Virus record (IMG/VR): IMGVR_UViG_3300037488_000245
Span: 1-42,164 of that record
Length of the DNA stretch: 42,164 nucleotides
Strand: one strand, 5' to 3'
Origin: a virus
Lineage: Duplodnaviria > Caudoviricetes
Part shown: piece by piece, positions 26,850-37,100 of the stretch
Numbering within the stretch: the first letter of the stretch is position 1
How the letters are laid out: each line of letters starts with the position of its first letter
Position numbers and translations under genes: made by a program
The notes under the pieces: model-generated
What the model was told of the DNA's origin: nothing
What the model saw: only the letters and a program-made list of their open reading frames with translations
The model's database searches: none

Positions 26850-29800
26850 TTGAAATGCAAGGACCGGGGGTATATCTAAATCCCCCAAACAAACCTGTCT
26901 ATCAGGAATCACAAACTATACTACCACAAGCTGTCGTAGGCGTTAGTCAAGGTATTGACTATGGAGCAATTGCACAATCAGTAGCTCAGCTAGGAACAAC
27001 ACTGGTGGAGCTTGATATTGACAACAAACGAAAGAAGAAGTCTAGATTGCTTGACGAGTTAGAGGCCAAGACCCGTATGGGTATTGATCACGCCTCAGCA
27101 TATAACGACTTCGATTCTGTCGATGCTCAGATTGCAGAATATAAGAATCAAGTTAAAGAGATCGTCGGCTATGATATAGACTCTGATGGTGGTGGTCAAC
27201 TTAGTAACTCCCTATTAGAGCAAGCAAGAAAGACATCATATGGTTTTGAGTTGTCTGGTCAAAAGGCCAGACGAGAAACAGCAGATGATGTAAAGTCTCT
27301 AGCTTACAACGAAAGTCAATTAAAATGGCGTGAGTCTTTCGCAAAATCCGAAGTTCAGTGGAATGAGATTCAAGGTAGAAAGTGGGAACTACAGCAGATT
27401 TTAAAAGATGCAGAAGCAGCTCCTCAAAAGACTATTGGCGACCGTGTGTTCGCAGCAACTGTTCGTAAGGATTTAATTGATCTAGGTGAGTTAGAAGCTA
27501 AGATAGCTGCTACTGATTCTAAGTCAATATCTGAAGCTGCGGATGCTGAACGAAAGGGAAGATTAAATAAGTTAGTTAATATTCACAGAGATATCACCAA
27601 CCAATGGGAAACTCTTGGTAGATTTACAAAACAGATTGACGAACTAGCCGCAAAAAAAGATCGCACTGAAGCTGAAGAAGCACAATTACGATCCCTGCGA
27701 ATAAGAGTAAACTCAACCGCTCAACAGATTTCAGACTTTGAAGCTATCGTGGATACTGAAAAAGATAGTTTTGCAAAAGAATATTATGGTCAACCGTGGT
27801 CCTCAGATCTAGCTTCATCAACCCTTACACCGGAACAATATAGTTCTGTCCTACAGGCTAATGAAAAGAGAGCACAAACACTTGAGGGATTATCTTTCTC
27901 ACCCTATAATTTAATGGCAGCTAGGCAAAAGCAAGCCGTCGTAGATATTAATGGTAGGGTTGATACCGAAATCACACAGGGTTCTGCTGGTATTGCAGAA
28001 ATAGATCAAAGAATAAAGGAAGCCAGTTCAGAGCAAGAAAGAGAATCTTTACTAAGAGCTAGATCAGCATTTCTTACAAGACTCGAACAAAAAGTTCTTG
28101 GAGTTATTCAGGGTGGTGTTCCTCCCGTTACTAAGAACCTTGTAGATACGGTTTCAGGTTTTAAGCTTTTCCGTAAGCACGGTCTAGACTATAGCGTAAT
28201 GCCAGACGCACTAACAGCGTTCGCAGCTGATTCTATTGAGTCTGTGACAAAACCATCAGAGACTATTTCAAAAGTCTTTAGACCAAGTGTAGATAAGTTC
28301 AATCAGTTTCTCTCAACAAGATTAGACATTCCAGCCAGTAAATTCGGTGGTGAATCTTCTAAGCAAGCAAGAACAGAAGAACGGCGTAAGGAAGATATAC
28401 TTATTATAAGTAATCTAATGGAGCGCGTTACTACCAATGCGTCACCAGCTAGAATTAACGAAGCCTTTATTAACTATGTTCAAATGGGTGGTATTAACCC
28501 ATACCAAGCCGATAACGTATCTCTACGTCCTTGGTCTGAACTAGCTCCAGAAATAAAAGCAAAGGGTATAGAACTCCCACCAAATGGATTTGCTTTGACA
28601 GATTTTTATGTTAAGGCTTTGGAGGATGTCCTTCGAAGCGATGATCCAGAAATGTGGAATAAGACTGTATCAACATTCTTTGATACCGATTCTAACGCTT
28701 TCTTTGGTGGTGTACACGCTTCTACAGATAAGCCAAGCATGACAGACGAAACAGCAGATATGTTACTGGGTGGGTTAGAAAATCCCATTACAGAACAGGT
28801 GGCAATGGCTACGTTCCTACTGCTTACTCCATCAAGGCACGTAGCTGAAAATATTAATAAGTTACGGGCTGCAGTGGGTGAAGATTCACTCGCTATTGTG
28901 GAGAACACCATAAAGAGATTAGAAACAATAGCTACGACATATCAGGGCAACGGAGATCCTCTCCAGTTTATTCGAAGACAAATGCCTAATATTGCAGTAT
29001 TACAAAAGGGTCACGATCTAGCAAACCTTGCAATGAAGGAGGATACTGTAACAGCACTTGTTGGTGATTATCCACCTCCTCAAAAGGATGCACAGTCAGA
29101 ACCAACACAAGCCAATCAACAGCTAAACGATTTAATGAAGAGACTACGAGCTGGTGTGTTTAGTAAGCTTAAAATTCCAACTGATGGAACTAACTTTACA
29201 GATGATATTTCGGGTAAGAAAGTTAACACCCTAATGCGTCAGGTTTCTTCTATGGCTATTAGAACCTATCACGAAGTTCTTGCTGACTATGGTGGTAAGG
29301 AACCAGAAAGCATGAATGACATGGTGATACAAAGGATGAATGCTAAACTTCAGGATTTTAAGGTAGCAACACCAGAAGGTGGATTAGTTAGGTTTAAAAC
29401 TTCTTTCGTTAATGACACAGAAAACGCGCTAGCACCAACAATTACAGCTGGTGCCGGGATGAACTACGATATTCCTAATAATGGGAAGTTTGAGAAAGAA
29501 CTTATCCTAGATGCTAATTGGGATCACAACGGTCTTGATAAAGTTTCGTGGAATCAGTTTGGTGTTGTTTCTACGCCGCCTAGTGTAGCGAATCCAACAG
29601 CATTTGCTTTAGCTATTGCATCAAATAGGGGTACACAGTTACCATCAGATTCACGCGCAGAAGACCTTATGGCTATTGGTGAAGCTGTTCTTGGTGATGA
29701 TCGTAGTAATAGAACCATGCTAATTGCACAGGCTGCTATTCGAGGTTTAAAAGATCCAAAGAATAGAGAAGACGCTATTGATCAAGTTAAACGGAACATG

Positions 29801-31132
29801 ACCAATATTCGAGCTGGGCTTGACTCAGGAGAATATAAGTTCTTTGTAAGCACTGGTCGTAGCAACCTAAACGATAAGCAGTCATCTCCTGTCCTAACTC
29901 TCCGTGGTAGAGGTGGTTCAACCCTTGCTACTATGCAGCCAGCTCCATTACGTAAGACTCTTGTAGGTACTGATGTACACAAGAAGACATTGCAAAAGAT
30001 GACCAAGGAAGAGTTTGGCGATTGGGCGGTACGGCAAATTAATGCTGGAACTGTAGACCACACAAAGGTAGTTGACTGGCTTACCGCTAATGGTAAGTCC
30101 TCTCAAACTCTCAGCGAAACAACTGAATGGTTCTCCACACCGATTGTAGATATTCCAGTCAGTATTCCCAACGAGGATTATACCTATGAGTTGGTAGATC
30201 ACATGGGTAAGAAGCAATGGTTTGTAACGAAAGATGGTGGAGAAAGAGTTCCTGTTCGGTCTTCCTTCGGTGTCAATGAGCTTGACCCAGTAGATACTGT
30301 TAAGTATGTTTATACTGGAGCTGAGAAGGGTCTCTCAAGACGAACGGGTGTAACAACCGTAGCTGGTAAGCCGTTGGTTACATTTGAATGGAAGGGTATG
30401 GGTACGAAGTGGCAGTTAGATGCTAGTCGTTATGATACGACACAGCCAACCTTTATAGAACCCACCACCACTGAACCTCCCACCAAGCAAGAACGTGAGT
30501 GGGAAGCATTCATTCGAACAAACATCCAAGATTCTATTGAAACACAACGTCTACTCAACATGGTTGTTGAATCACTAAGTACCCCGGTTTTAAAAGACAT
30601 GGGAACAGAGCCAACGTCTGGTGACTTTAATGCTGCCTTAGCTGCTAAGCCGTTCGTTAAAAGAGATGGCATTACTACTAAGTACCTAACCACAATCGCT
30701 GGTAAACCAGTAGTAATCTCCAAAGAAGGCACTAAGGTTGGTCTTGAAATGCCTAAGACAAAGGAGCGAGAGGTAACAACTGGTCTCGTAGATATGAAAG
30801 ATATCTACGTTTATGATGAAAATCAAACAACGAAGCTTACTTATGTACGCCCATCTAACTCTAATATATGGGTTGTGCTAGATGGCCCAGTAATTGGTAA
30901 TACTACAGTCCCGAAGACTGGCTCAGAAGCAGAGAGATTCTATCTTTATGCGGTTGAGTTTTATAGATACGTTACTCTTTCTGGTAATAGAGAGAAACAA
31001 TTAGAGGCATCAAGATTGCTTGAAAGATCAACAGCTATCTTAGGTGAAGCAAAAAGATTAAAGACTCAACCTGAACAACTCAGGGCTTTTGAGAAATACG
31101 TAAAAACAGAAGTTGATCAATTATTAAAATAA
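26846..31132 (+). CDS. Large internal virion protein, gp15-like by position (1428 aa)
   Basis: N-terminal DYGAIAQSVAQLGTTL followed by long helical/coiled-coil regions. Lies between the gp14-like and gp16-like genes. Confidence 0.65.
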   Translation: MIEMQGPGVYLNPPNKPVYQESQTILPQAVVGVSQGIDYGAIAQSVAQLGTTLVELDIDNKRKKKSRLLDELEAKTRMGIDHASAYNDFDSVDAQIAEYKNQVKEIVGYDIDSDGGGQLSNSLLEQARKTSYGFELSGQKARRETADDVKSLAYNESQLKWRESFAKSEVQWNEIQGRKWELQQILKDAEAAPQKTIGDRVFAATVRKDLIDLGELEAKIAATDSKSISEAADAERKGRLNKLVNIHRDITNQWETLGRFTKQIDELAAKKDRTEAEEAQLRSLRIRVNSTAQQISDFEAIVDTEKDSFAKEYYGQPWSSDLASSTLTPEQYSSVLQANEKRAQTLEGLSFSPYNLMAARQKQAVVDINGRVDTEITQGSAGIAEIDQRIKEASSEQERESLLRARSAFLTRLEQKVLGVIQGGVPPVTKNLVDTVSGFKLFRKHGLDYSVMPDALTAFAADSIESVTKPSETISKVFRPSVDKFNQFLSTRLDIPASKFGGESSKQARTEERRKEDILIISNLMERVTTNASPARINEAFINYVQMGGINPYQADNVSLRPWSELAPEIKAKGIELPPNGFALTDFYVKALEDVLRSDDPEMWNKTVSTFFDTDSNAFFGGVHASTDKPSMTDETADMLLGGLENPITEQVAMATFLLLTPSRHVAENINKLRAAVGEDSLAIVENTIKRLETIATTYQGNGDPLQFIRRQMPNIAVLQKGHDLANLAMKEDTVTALVGDYPPPQKDAQSEPTQANQQLNDLMKRLRAGVFSKLKIPTDGTNFTDDISGKKVNTLMRQVSSMAIRTYHEVLADYGGKEPESMNDMVIQRMNAKLQDFKVATPEGGLVRFKTSFVNDTENALAPTITAGAGMNYDIPNNGKFEKELILDANWDHNGLDKVSWNQFGVVSTPPSVANPTAFALAIASNRGTQLPSDSRAEDLMAIGEAVLGDDRSNRTMLIAQAAIRGLKDPKNREDAIDQVKRNMTNIRAGLDSGEYKFFVSTGRSNLNDKQSSPVLTLRGRGGSTLATMQPAPLRKTLVGTDVHKKTLQKMTKEEFGDWAVRQINAGTVDHTKVVDWLTANGKSSQTLSETTEWFSTPIVDIPVSIPNEDYTYELVDHMGKKQWFVTKDGGERVPVRSSFGVNELDPVDTVKYVYTGAEKGLSRRTGVTTVAGKPLVTFEWKGMGTKWQLDASRYDTTQPTFIEPTTTEPPTKQEREWEAFIRTNIQDSIETQRLLNMVVESLSTPVLKDMGTEPTSGDFNAALAAKPFVKRDGITTKYLTTIAGKPVVISKEGTKVGLEMPKTKEREVTTGLVDMKDIYVYDENQTTKLTYVRPSNSNIWVVLDGPVIGNTTVPKTGSEAERFYLYAVEFYRYVTLSGNREKQLEASRLLERSTAILGEAKRLKTQPEQLRAFEKYVKTEVDQLLK

Positions 31133-31134
31133 CA

Positions 31135-31164
31135 GGGAGGGAGGGGTCGAAAGATCCCTCCCCC
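31135..31164 (+). promoter_or_regulatory. GC hairpin with GAAA loop and no U-tract, 5' of the giant gene's ribosome-binding site
   Basis: GGGAGGGAGGGGTC-GAAA-GATCCCTCCCCC, then an AAGGA SD and ATG 31182. Confidence 0.6.
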
Positions 31165-31181
31165 AACTTACAAGGATTTAA

Positions 31182-34100
31182 ATGAACACATTTGATAATG
31201 AACGGTTCCTCGAAGAATCTAGTAGAGAACTTCCTTCGGAACCTCGTTTACCATCTTGGTCAGATCCAACCACTAAATATAGTGGTATGAAACCAGACTT
31301 TAGAGAACAACAAATCTTTAATGAGAAGGTTCAGTTTGGTTTACTCAGTCCAACATTCCTTAATGGTCGTTGGAACTTAACAGATACAAACCAAACACGC
31401 GAAGAAATTGGTGATGCAGCTCTTGCCTTTACCATCGGTGAAGGAACCAAGGGCTGGGGTGAAGAGAGTATACTGAAGGCTAAGCGTCTAAAGGACCAAT
31501 ACGAAAACACAGGCACAACTATGTTTTCTCACGGTGGTCGAGAGACGGCACACTGGGAACAGTTTACTGAAGGCTTTAATTTCTTTAACATCTTCGGGGA
31601 AAACGAATCTCTACAAAGTGCAGAAGAGATTAAGAAGAAGATTCAGACAGTCGATTCCAACTGGAACGATGAGAAAAGACTACAGGCTCTTACTGAGTGG
31701 CAAGAATCAAATCAAGAAGTAAATAACTTTATTGCGTCTGCTGGTGTTAATATTCAAGACTTTGCGTTAGCTACCAGAAACCAAGATGCATTTATGTTTG
31801 CTATAAATGAAGCAGTGCAGCAAGCCCGAATTAATATCGGTATGCGTCTGTTTGAAGAAGACAACGGTTTCTTCTCAAAGCTTGGTAACTCAATCGCAGA
31901 GGGTATTAAAGATCCATTGATGGTTCGGGATATGGTTCTAACGTCTGCGGCTACGCTTGGCCTTGGTACGGTAGCTGGCATTGCTGGCTTATCGTCACGG
32001 GCTTTGGCTGGTGGGGTATCTGCTGGTATCAATTCCAGTAAAGCTGTTAAGGGCTTAGAGCTTGCACGTAAGGCCGCTAATGCCGCTACCCTTGCTACAG
32101 GCCCAATGACTGGTCTTGTAGAAGGCCCAGCTTATGCAGCTATTAGAGCCTTGGTACCTAGCACTGGTCGGTCAGCTATTAAGACCATGAGTGCAAGAGG
32201 CTTAGCCTTGGCATTAGAAGGTGGTACAGCAGGAGCTGTATCGTCTTACGCTGATCAACAGTCCGATCACGACTGGAGATCGCTGGTCTTTAACGATACC
32301 GACAAAGCCTTCAAGTACAACCTTGGAGAGACCGCAATGGGTGCCCTTACTGGTGCATTGGGTGCTGTTGGTATGGCTACTGCCTTCCGCTTTGGTCTAG
32401 GTGCCGCAGGGGACTATAAGTATTATAAGACCGGAGACTGGGATGGTTTCCGCAGACAGATTGCTAACTCCATGGATACATGGGCAACAACCAAGGATGG
32501 CGACATCGTGTGGGGTAACACCCTTAGCGATGGTCGTGGTATCTTCTTTGGTGACGTTGTTGATAACTTTATGAAGCGTAGTGATGGTAGAGACTTTACT
32601 AACGTCATGCTTAACGGCTCACGGTTATTCGGTAAGTTTAACGAACGTATTGCTGGTAAGATGAACCTTGATGTTAAGAAGGTTATGCCAATCATTGAAG
32701 AGTTTGAAAAGGCTACTGGTGTTGCTGGCGAAGCCGCAATGCTAAGAGTCGATGGTGTAGCTCCAGAAACTAGAAGATTGTTTGATACAATCCTCGATGA
32801 AAAGAATCTAGATGATGCTGATCTTTCTCTTGACGATGTAAAGAAGCTACTTCAGGATTACAATGCAAACCGTTCAGGTGAGTTGGTTGGCCCACGCGAA
32901 GTAACTGCAGCTGATGGTGTGCTTGAAACTATGACTCCAGCTACCAAGCAAGTTGAGATTGCTAAGCAAATTCAACGTCTTGTTGGTGCTCGTAGTTTAG
33001 ATAGAAAGCTTGAGACCATTGGCGTTAAGTCTGCCGATGTTATCTCCAGTGCCGAGACTACTCTTGGTCGTTCTCTCAACCTATCACGTGACGATGACTT
33101 TGGTAACTTTACTGTTGCCGCCAAGTTTGCTGCGGCTTCAGTAGATGAGGCTCAGGTAGTTAATACTCTAAAGAGAATCACCAGCGGAGACTTTGGCGGT
33201 GGTAGAACAATTCCTAAGGAAGTTGTACAATCCATCTTTAACTCTGCCTTTGGTGACAAGCCACTAGTCGTTACCGCCGCTGGAAGTAATAAGAACTTTG
33301 CTGTAGTTGTTGATCCCAAGAGTGGTGAAGTCTTTGCGTCGGGTCGTACCCTAAAGACAAATAAGAGTGGAAACCTTGAGATTGAACTTAGAGCAGACGA
33401 TGCAACAAGTAAGTTCTTTACAGAAGATGCAACAACAGTTGATACGGATACATTCCGAGCAAAGCTTGTTGAGGTTAATGAGAAGTTAAACGAAGCTTGG
33501 TCAAAGGATGTCAAGTCCAAGGTAAAGGCTAAGATCGACTCAATTAAGAATCCAAAGGCTAAGGCCGAACTAGCTGCAACATTTGCAGAGGGTAAGGAAG
33601 TAACAGTTGAGAACATCAAGGAAGTCTTTAGACTAACCAAGTCAGAAGCTGTAGCCGCTAAGATTATCTTTGATGCGCTTGGCTATGAAGGCGACTCTGG
33701 TATGCTTCGCATTGCCAAGTTTGCAGCCGATGACCGCAATGCAGAGATTGTTCTTGAGGGTAGCACCGCTCTCATCAAGGCAACAAAGTCAGCTGATATG
33801 GGAACCATTACCCACGAAATGTCACACTACTTACAGGTCATGGTATTAGATAACATGGATGCTGAGGCAAGACATGCTATCGGTATTACAGATGACATGT
33901 GGACTAAGTTTAAGGACTGGGTTGGGTTTACGGGTGACGAGTGGTCTGAACAGGCAGCTGAGAAGTTTGCTAATGGTATGTCTCAGTATGTTCGTCGGGT
34001 CATGGCTGGAGATGGACGAGCACCCACTACACAGGTTCAACGTCTCTTCCACAGAGTCGGAGATCACCTTGGTAAGCTTGGTGATCGCTTTAAGACTCAA

Positions 34101-37100
34101 GAAGCTTTAGAGGCTGGACTTACTGTGTCAGCAGAAGCTGAAGCGGTCTTCGAGGCTTTGTTCAACCGATCTAATAGTAAGATTGGTGAACTCTTTGACG
34201 GTGCTTATCAGAACCTCTTTAAGAGATTACCGAAGGAACAGCGTCACGCTATTGGTAAGGAAATCTTAGGAGAGATGGCATTCAATGATTATCTCGCTAA
34301 GAAGGAGATAGAAACGGCTAAGGCAAAGGCGGTCATTGATCCGCTTGCTACGGCAGCAGCTATCAAAACTGAATCCACCACTAAGATTATTAACAGTATC
34401 TATGAAACCATAAATAAGTCTGTAACCCGTAAGAATATTAAAGAAGCGATTACTGTTGCTGGGTATACCAAGGAAGGGTATATTGCTGATGTGAATAAGC
34501 TTAAGGATTTAACGCTTGGCGTAAAAAAGCTTAGCGCAACTAAACCAGCTAAATTAGATTCCGCAACACACCTAAGTGATGATGAGTTGGCTGATCTGTA
34601 CACAGATCTCTTCGAAGCAGAAGGACTAGATAACTCACTTAATTTTATTGGGGTTATATACGATTTCGATATTAAACTCAGTATTGTGACTAATATGGGT
34701 AGGGGTGAATCTGTTACACTTGAATCTCTTGGTGGAAAGATACCAGAGAATCCTACTTGGGCACTTATACCAGCGAATGAGAAGAGACGATTCTACAGCA
34801 AGGAATCCCTACTAGCCGAAATCAATAGGCGAAGAAATGCTGGTATTACCAAGACTGAAAAGAGTCTTTCCGTAGACCCTGAAACCATTCAGTCAATTGA
34901 GGATATGTTGGCTGATACTGGATTCGTCGATTCAGCTGGTCTTTCTGTCGAACTGACTCCAACTGAATCAATCGTTGCTACTCGAATGGCAGCAATCAGT
35001 GCAGCATCTAGAGGTGCCGTTGCCCATATTGAAACTGTAGCGACTGCTCTAACCGAAGGTCGCACAGTGGATGCAGCTACGGCAAAGAAGGCAGAGACTG
35101 TTGTTCCAGACGTAATCAACGTTGAAGATAAGCCAGTGGATATTACTGCTGGTATAACCACATTGACAGAGATTGCAGCAGAAGCTAAAGAAGAAACAAC
35201 ACGTCTTGAGGTTGAGCTACCAGCAACCACAATTAAGGAAGCAAAAACAATTGCAGCAGCTGTTGTTGCTGCTCCTGATGATGCTGAAGAACTATTAATT
35301 CAATATCAAGAATTGTTAGAAGGTCCAATAGGTCGTTTAACAAAACAATATATTGATGCAGAGTTAAGAGCTAGGATCTCTATCGTTACTATTGAAAACA
35401 TTATCGGTATGGATGATGTTGTGTTTAAGCGGTTTACAGAACTTCAAGACTTAGCTGCTACAACAAAACCAACAGAAACCCAAATCGCTGCTGTTGAGAA
35501 AGCTATGCGATCTCCGACAGCAGAGAATATTAAAACAGCAGCAGCATCGCTAGGCTGGACGGAAGAGGATGTAACTATTCTCGTATCTGGTAGACTTCAA
35601 CTAACTAATGGATCTTTGATTGCTGAGTTTATTGAATCTAAGAACTACGTTATTAATAATATGCAAAGTATTACTGAAGTTCGTAAGAATGTAGCCTCAC
35701 AAGCTAAAGACTACGAAGCAGCAAAAGTAACGCTTAGAGAAAATAAATCCCTAACGGAAGCGGAAAAGACTAAGTTAGAAAAGCTTGTAAACTCTTATGA
35801 AAAATTAAAGGGTTCAATCTCTATCTTTACTAACCACGCTAAACGAGTTAAGCAGGGAGTTCTGGGTTCGGAATCTATAGATGTTGTCGATGCGGAGATG
35901 AAACTCAAAGCAGATGAACCTGATATTCAAACAGAGTGGCTAAAACTCACCAACGTAGCAGCAGCTTCAAAGCTTCTAAAAATTATTCAATCAAGGTTAG
36001 ATCAGGCAGACCTTGCTAAAATCCTTAAGACTATTGACTCAAAGATTGAAACACTGGCAGAGAAGGTAGCGTTTGATGGAGAGTCATCTCTTCCAAACTG
36101 GAATACTTTGTCTCCCGCTGAAAAGGCAGAAGCTTGGGCAGCTGGTAAGGCAAAGTCTGCAGCAGCTTCTGCGTTTGTAAAGACAATCATCAACAACGAA
36201 GAAGCTAACGCCAAGCGTAAGGGTAAAACCAAAAAGGGTATTGTTGGTGATGTAGAAACACCAGATGGTAGAGGCGACAGTATTCTTGATACTGGTGAGG
36301 AACGGATTGGTAGAAATACCAAGGAAGAACGTGACGATTTCTACTACAAGCTCGACGCAGAAAGTCGTGGTTTACGATACGTTTCTGATCTATTTTACAG
36401 CTATCTAGTAGAATCCGGTAAGGCTGAACTCGCTTCTATCTTCATGGCCCGTAAAGAAGCCATGACCTTTAAGGGTAATAAAACAGAGTCAACTGCTCGT
36501 ATTCTAGAAAACTTTGGTATTACTCTTACAACTAAAACAGTTGAGAATAGAATAGTAGAACTTAAGAATGAGTTTGAACTGTTTACTGAAATGCTTCCTG
36601 CTGAGAAGGCTAAAGAACTTCGTGGTGCTTTCTTTAAGAAGGAAACAAAACCAAAAACCCTTGCACAGTCTAAGGTTGCTAAAGAACTGACAGATGAGCA
36701 ATTAGATGAATTAGATGCGTTGTTTAACACAATGGAGTTAGGGGATTTGGTTACTGCTCCTGCTTATCTATTAGATGTCGTAAGAAACTCTCCGTCAAAG
36801 CTATATCAAAAGATTTCAAGCGGTGAAGTAGAGACTGCTGGTGATGCCTTAAGAGAATTAGCAGCTAGTCCAACATCAATCTACGCATCTCTTGCAAAAG
36901 CATTACTAGCCGAGAAGTCAGATATTCTAAATAATATTGGTGTACACCTCACACTTATGGCTTCTGATGAAAAGATGAAGGGGTCTTACTTTCAAAATAA
37001 CATTTACTTAAATGCTAGATATGGAAAGGTAAGTGTTCAAACGCTTATACACGAAGCCCTTCATGCTTTAACATCAGAGGATTTAAATACCTATGAGTTT

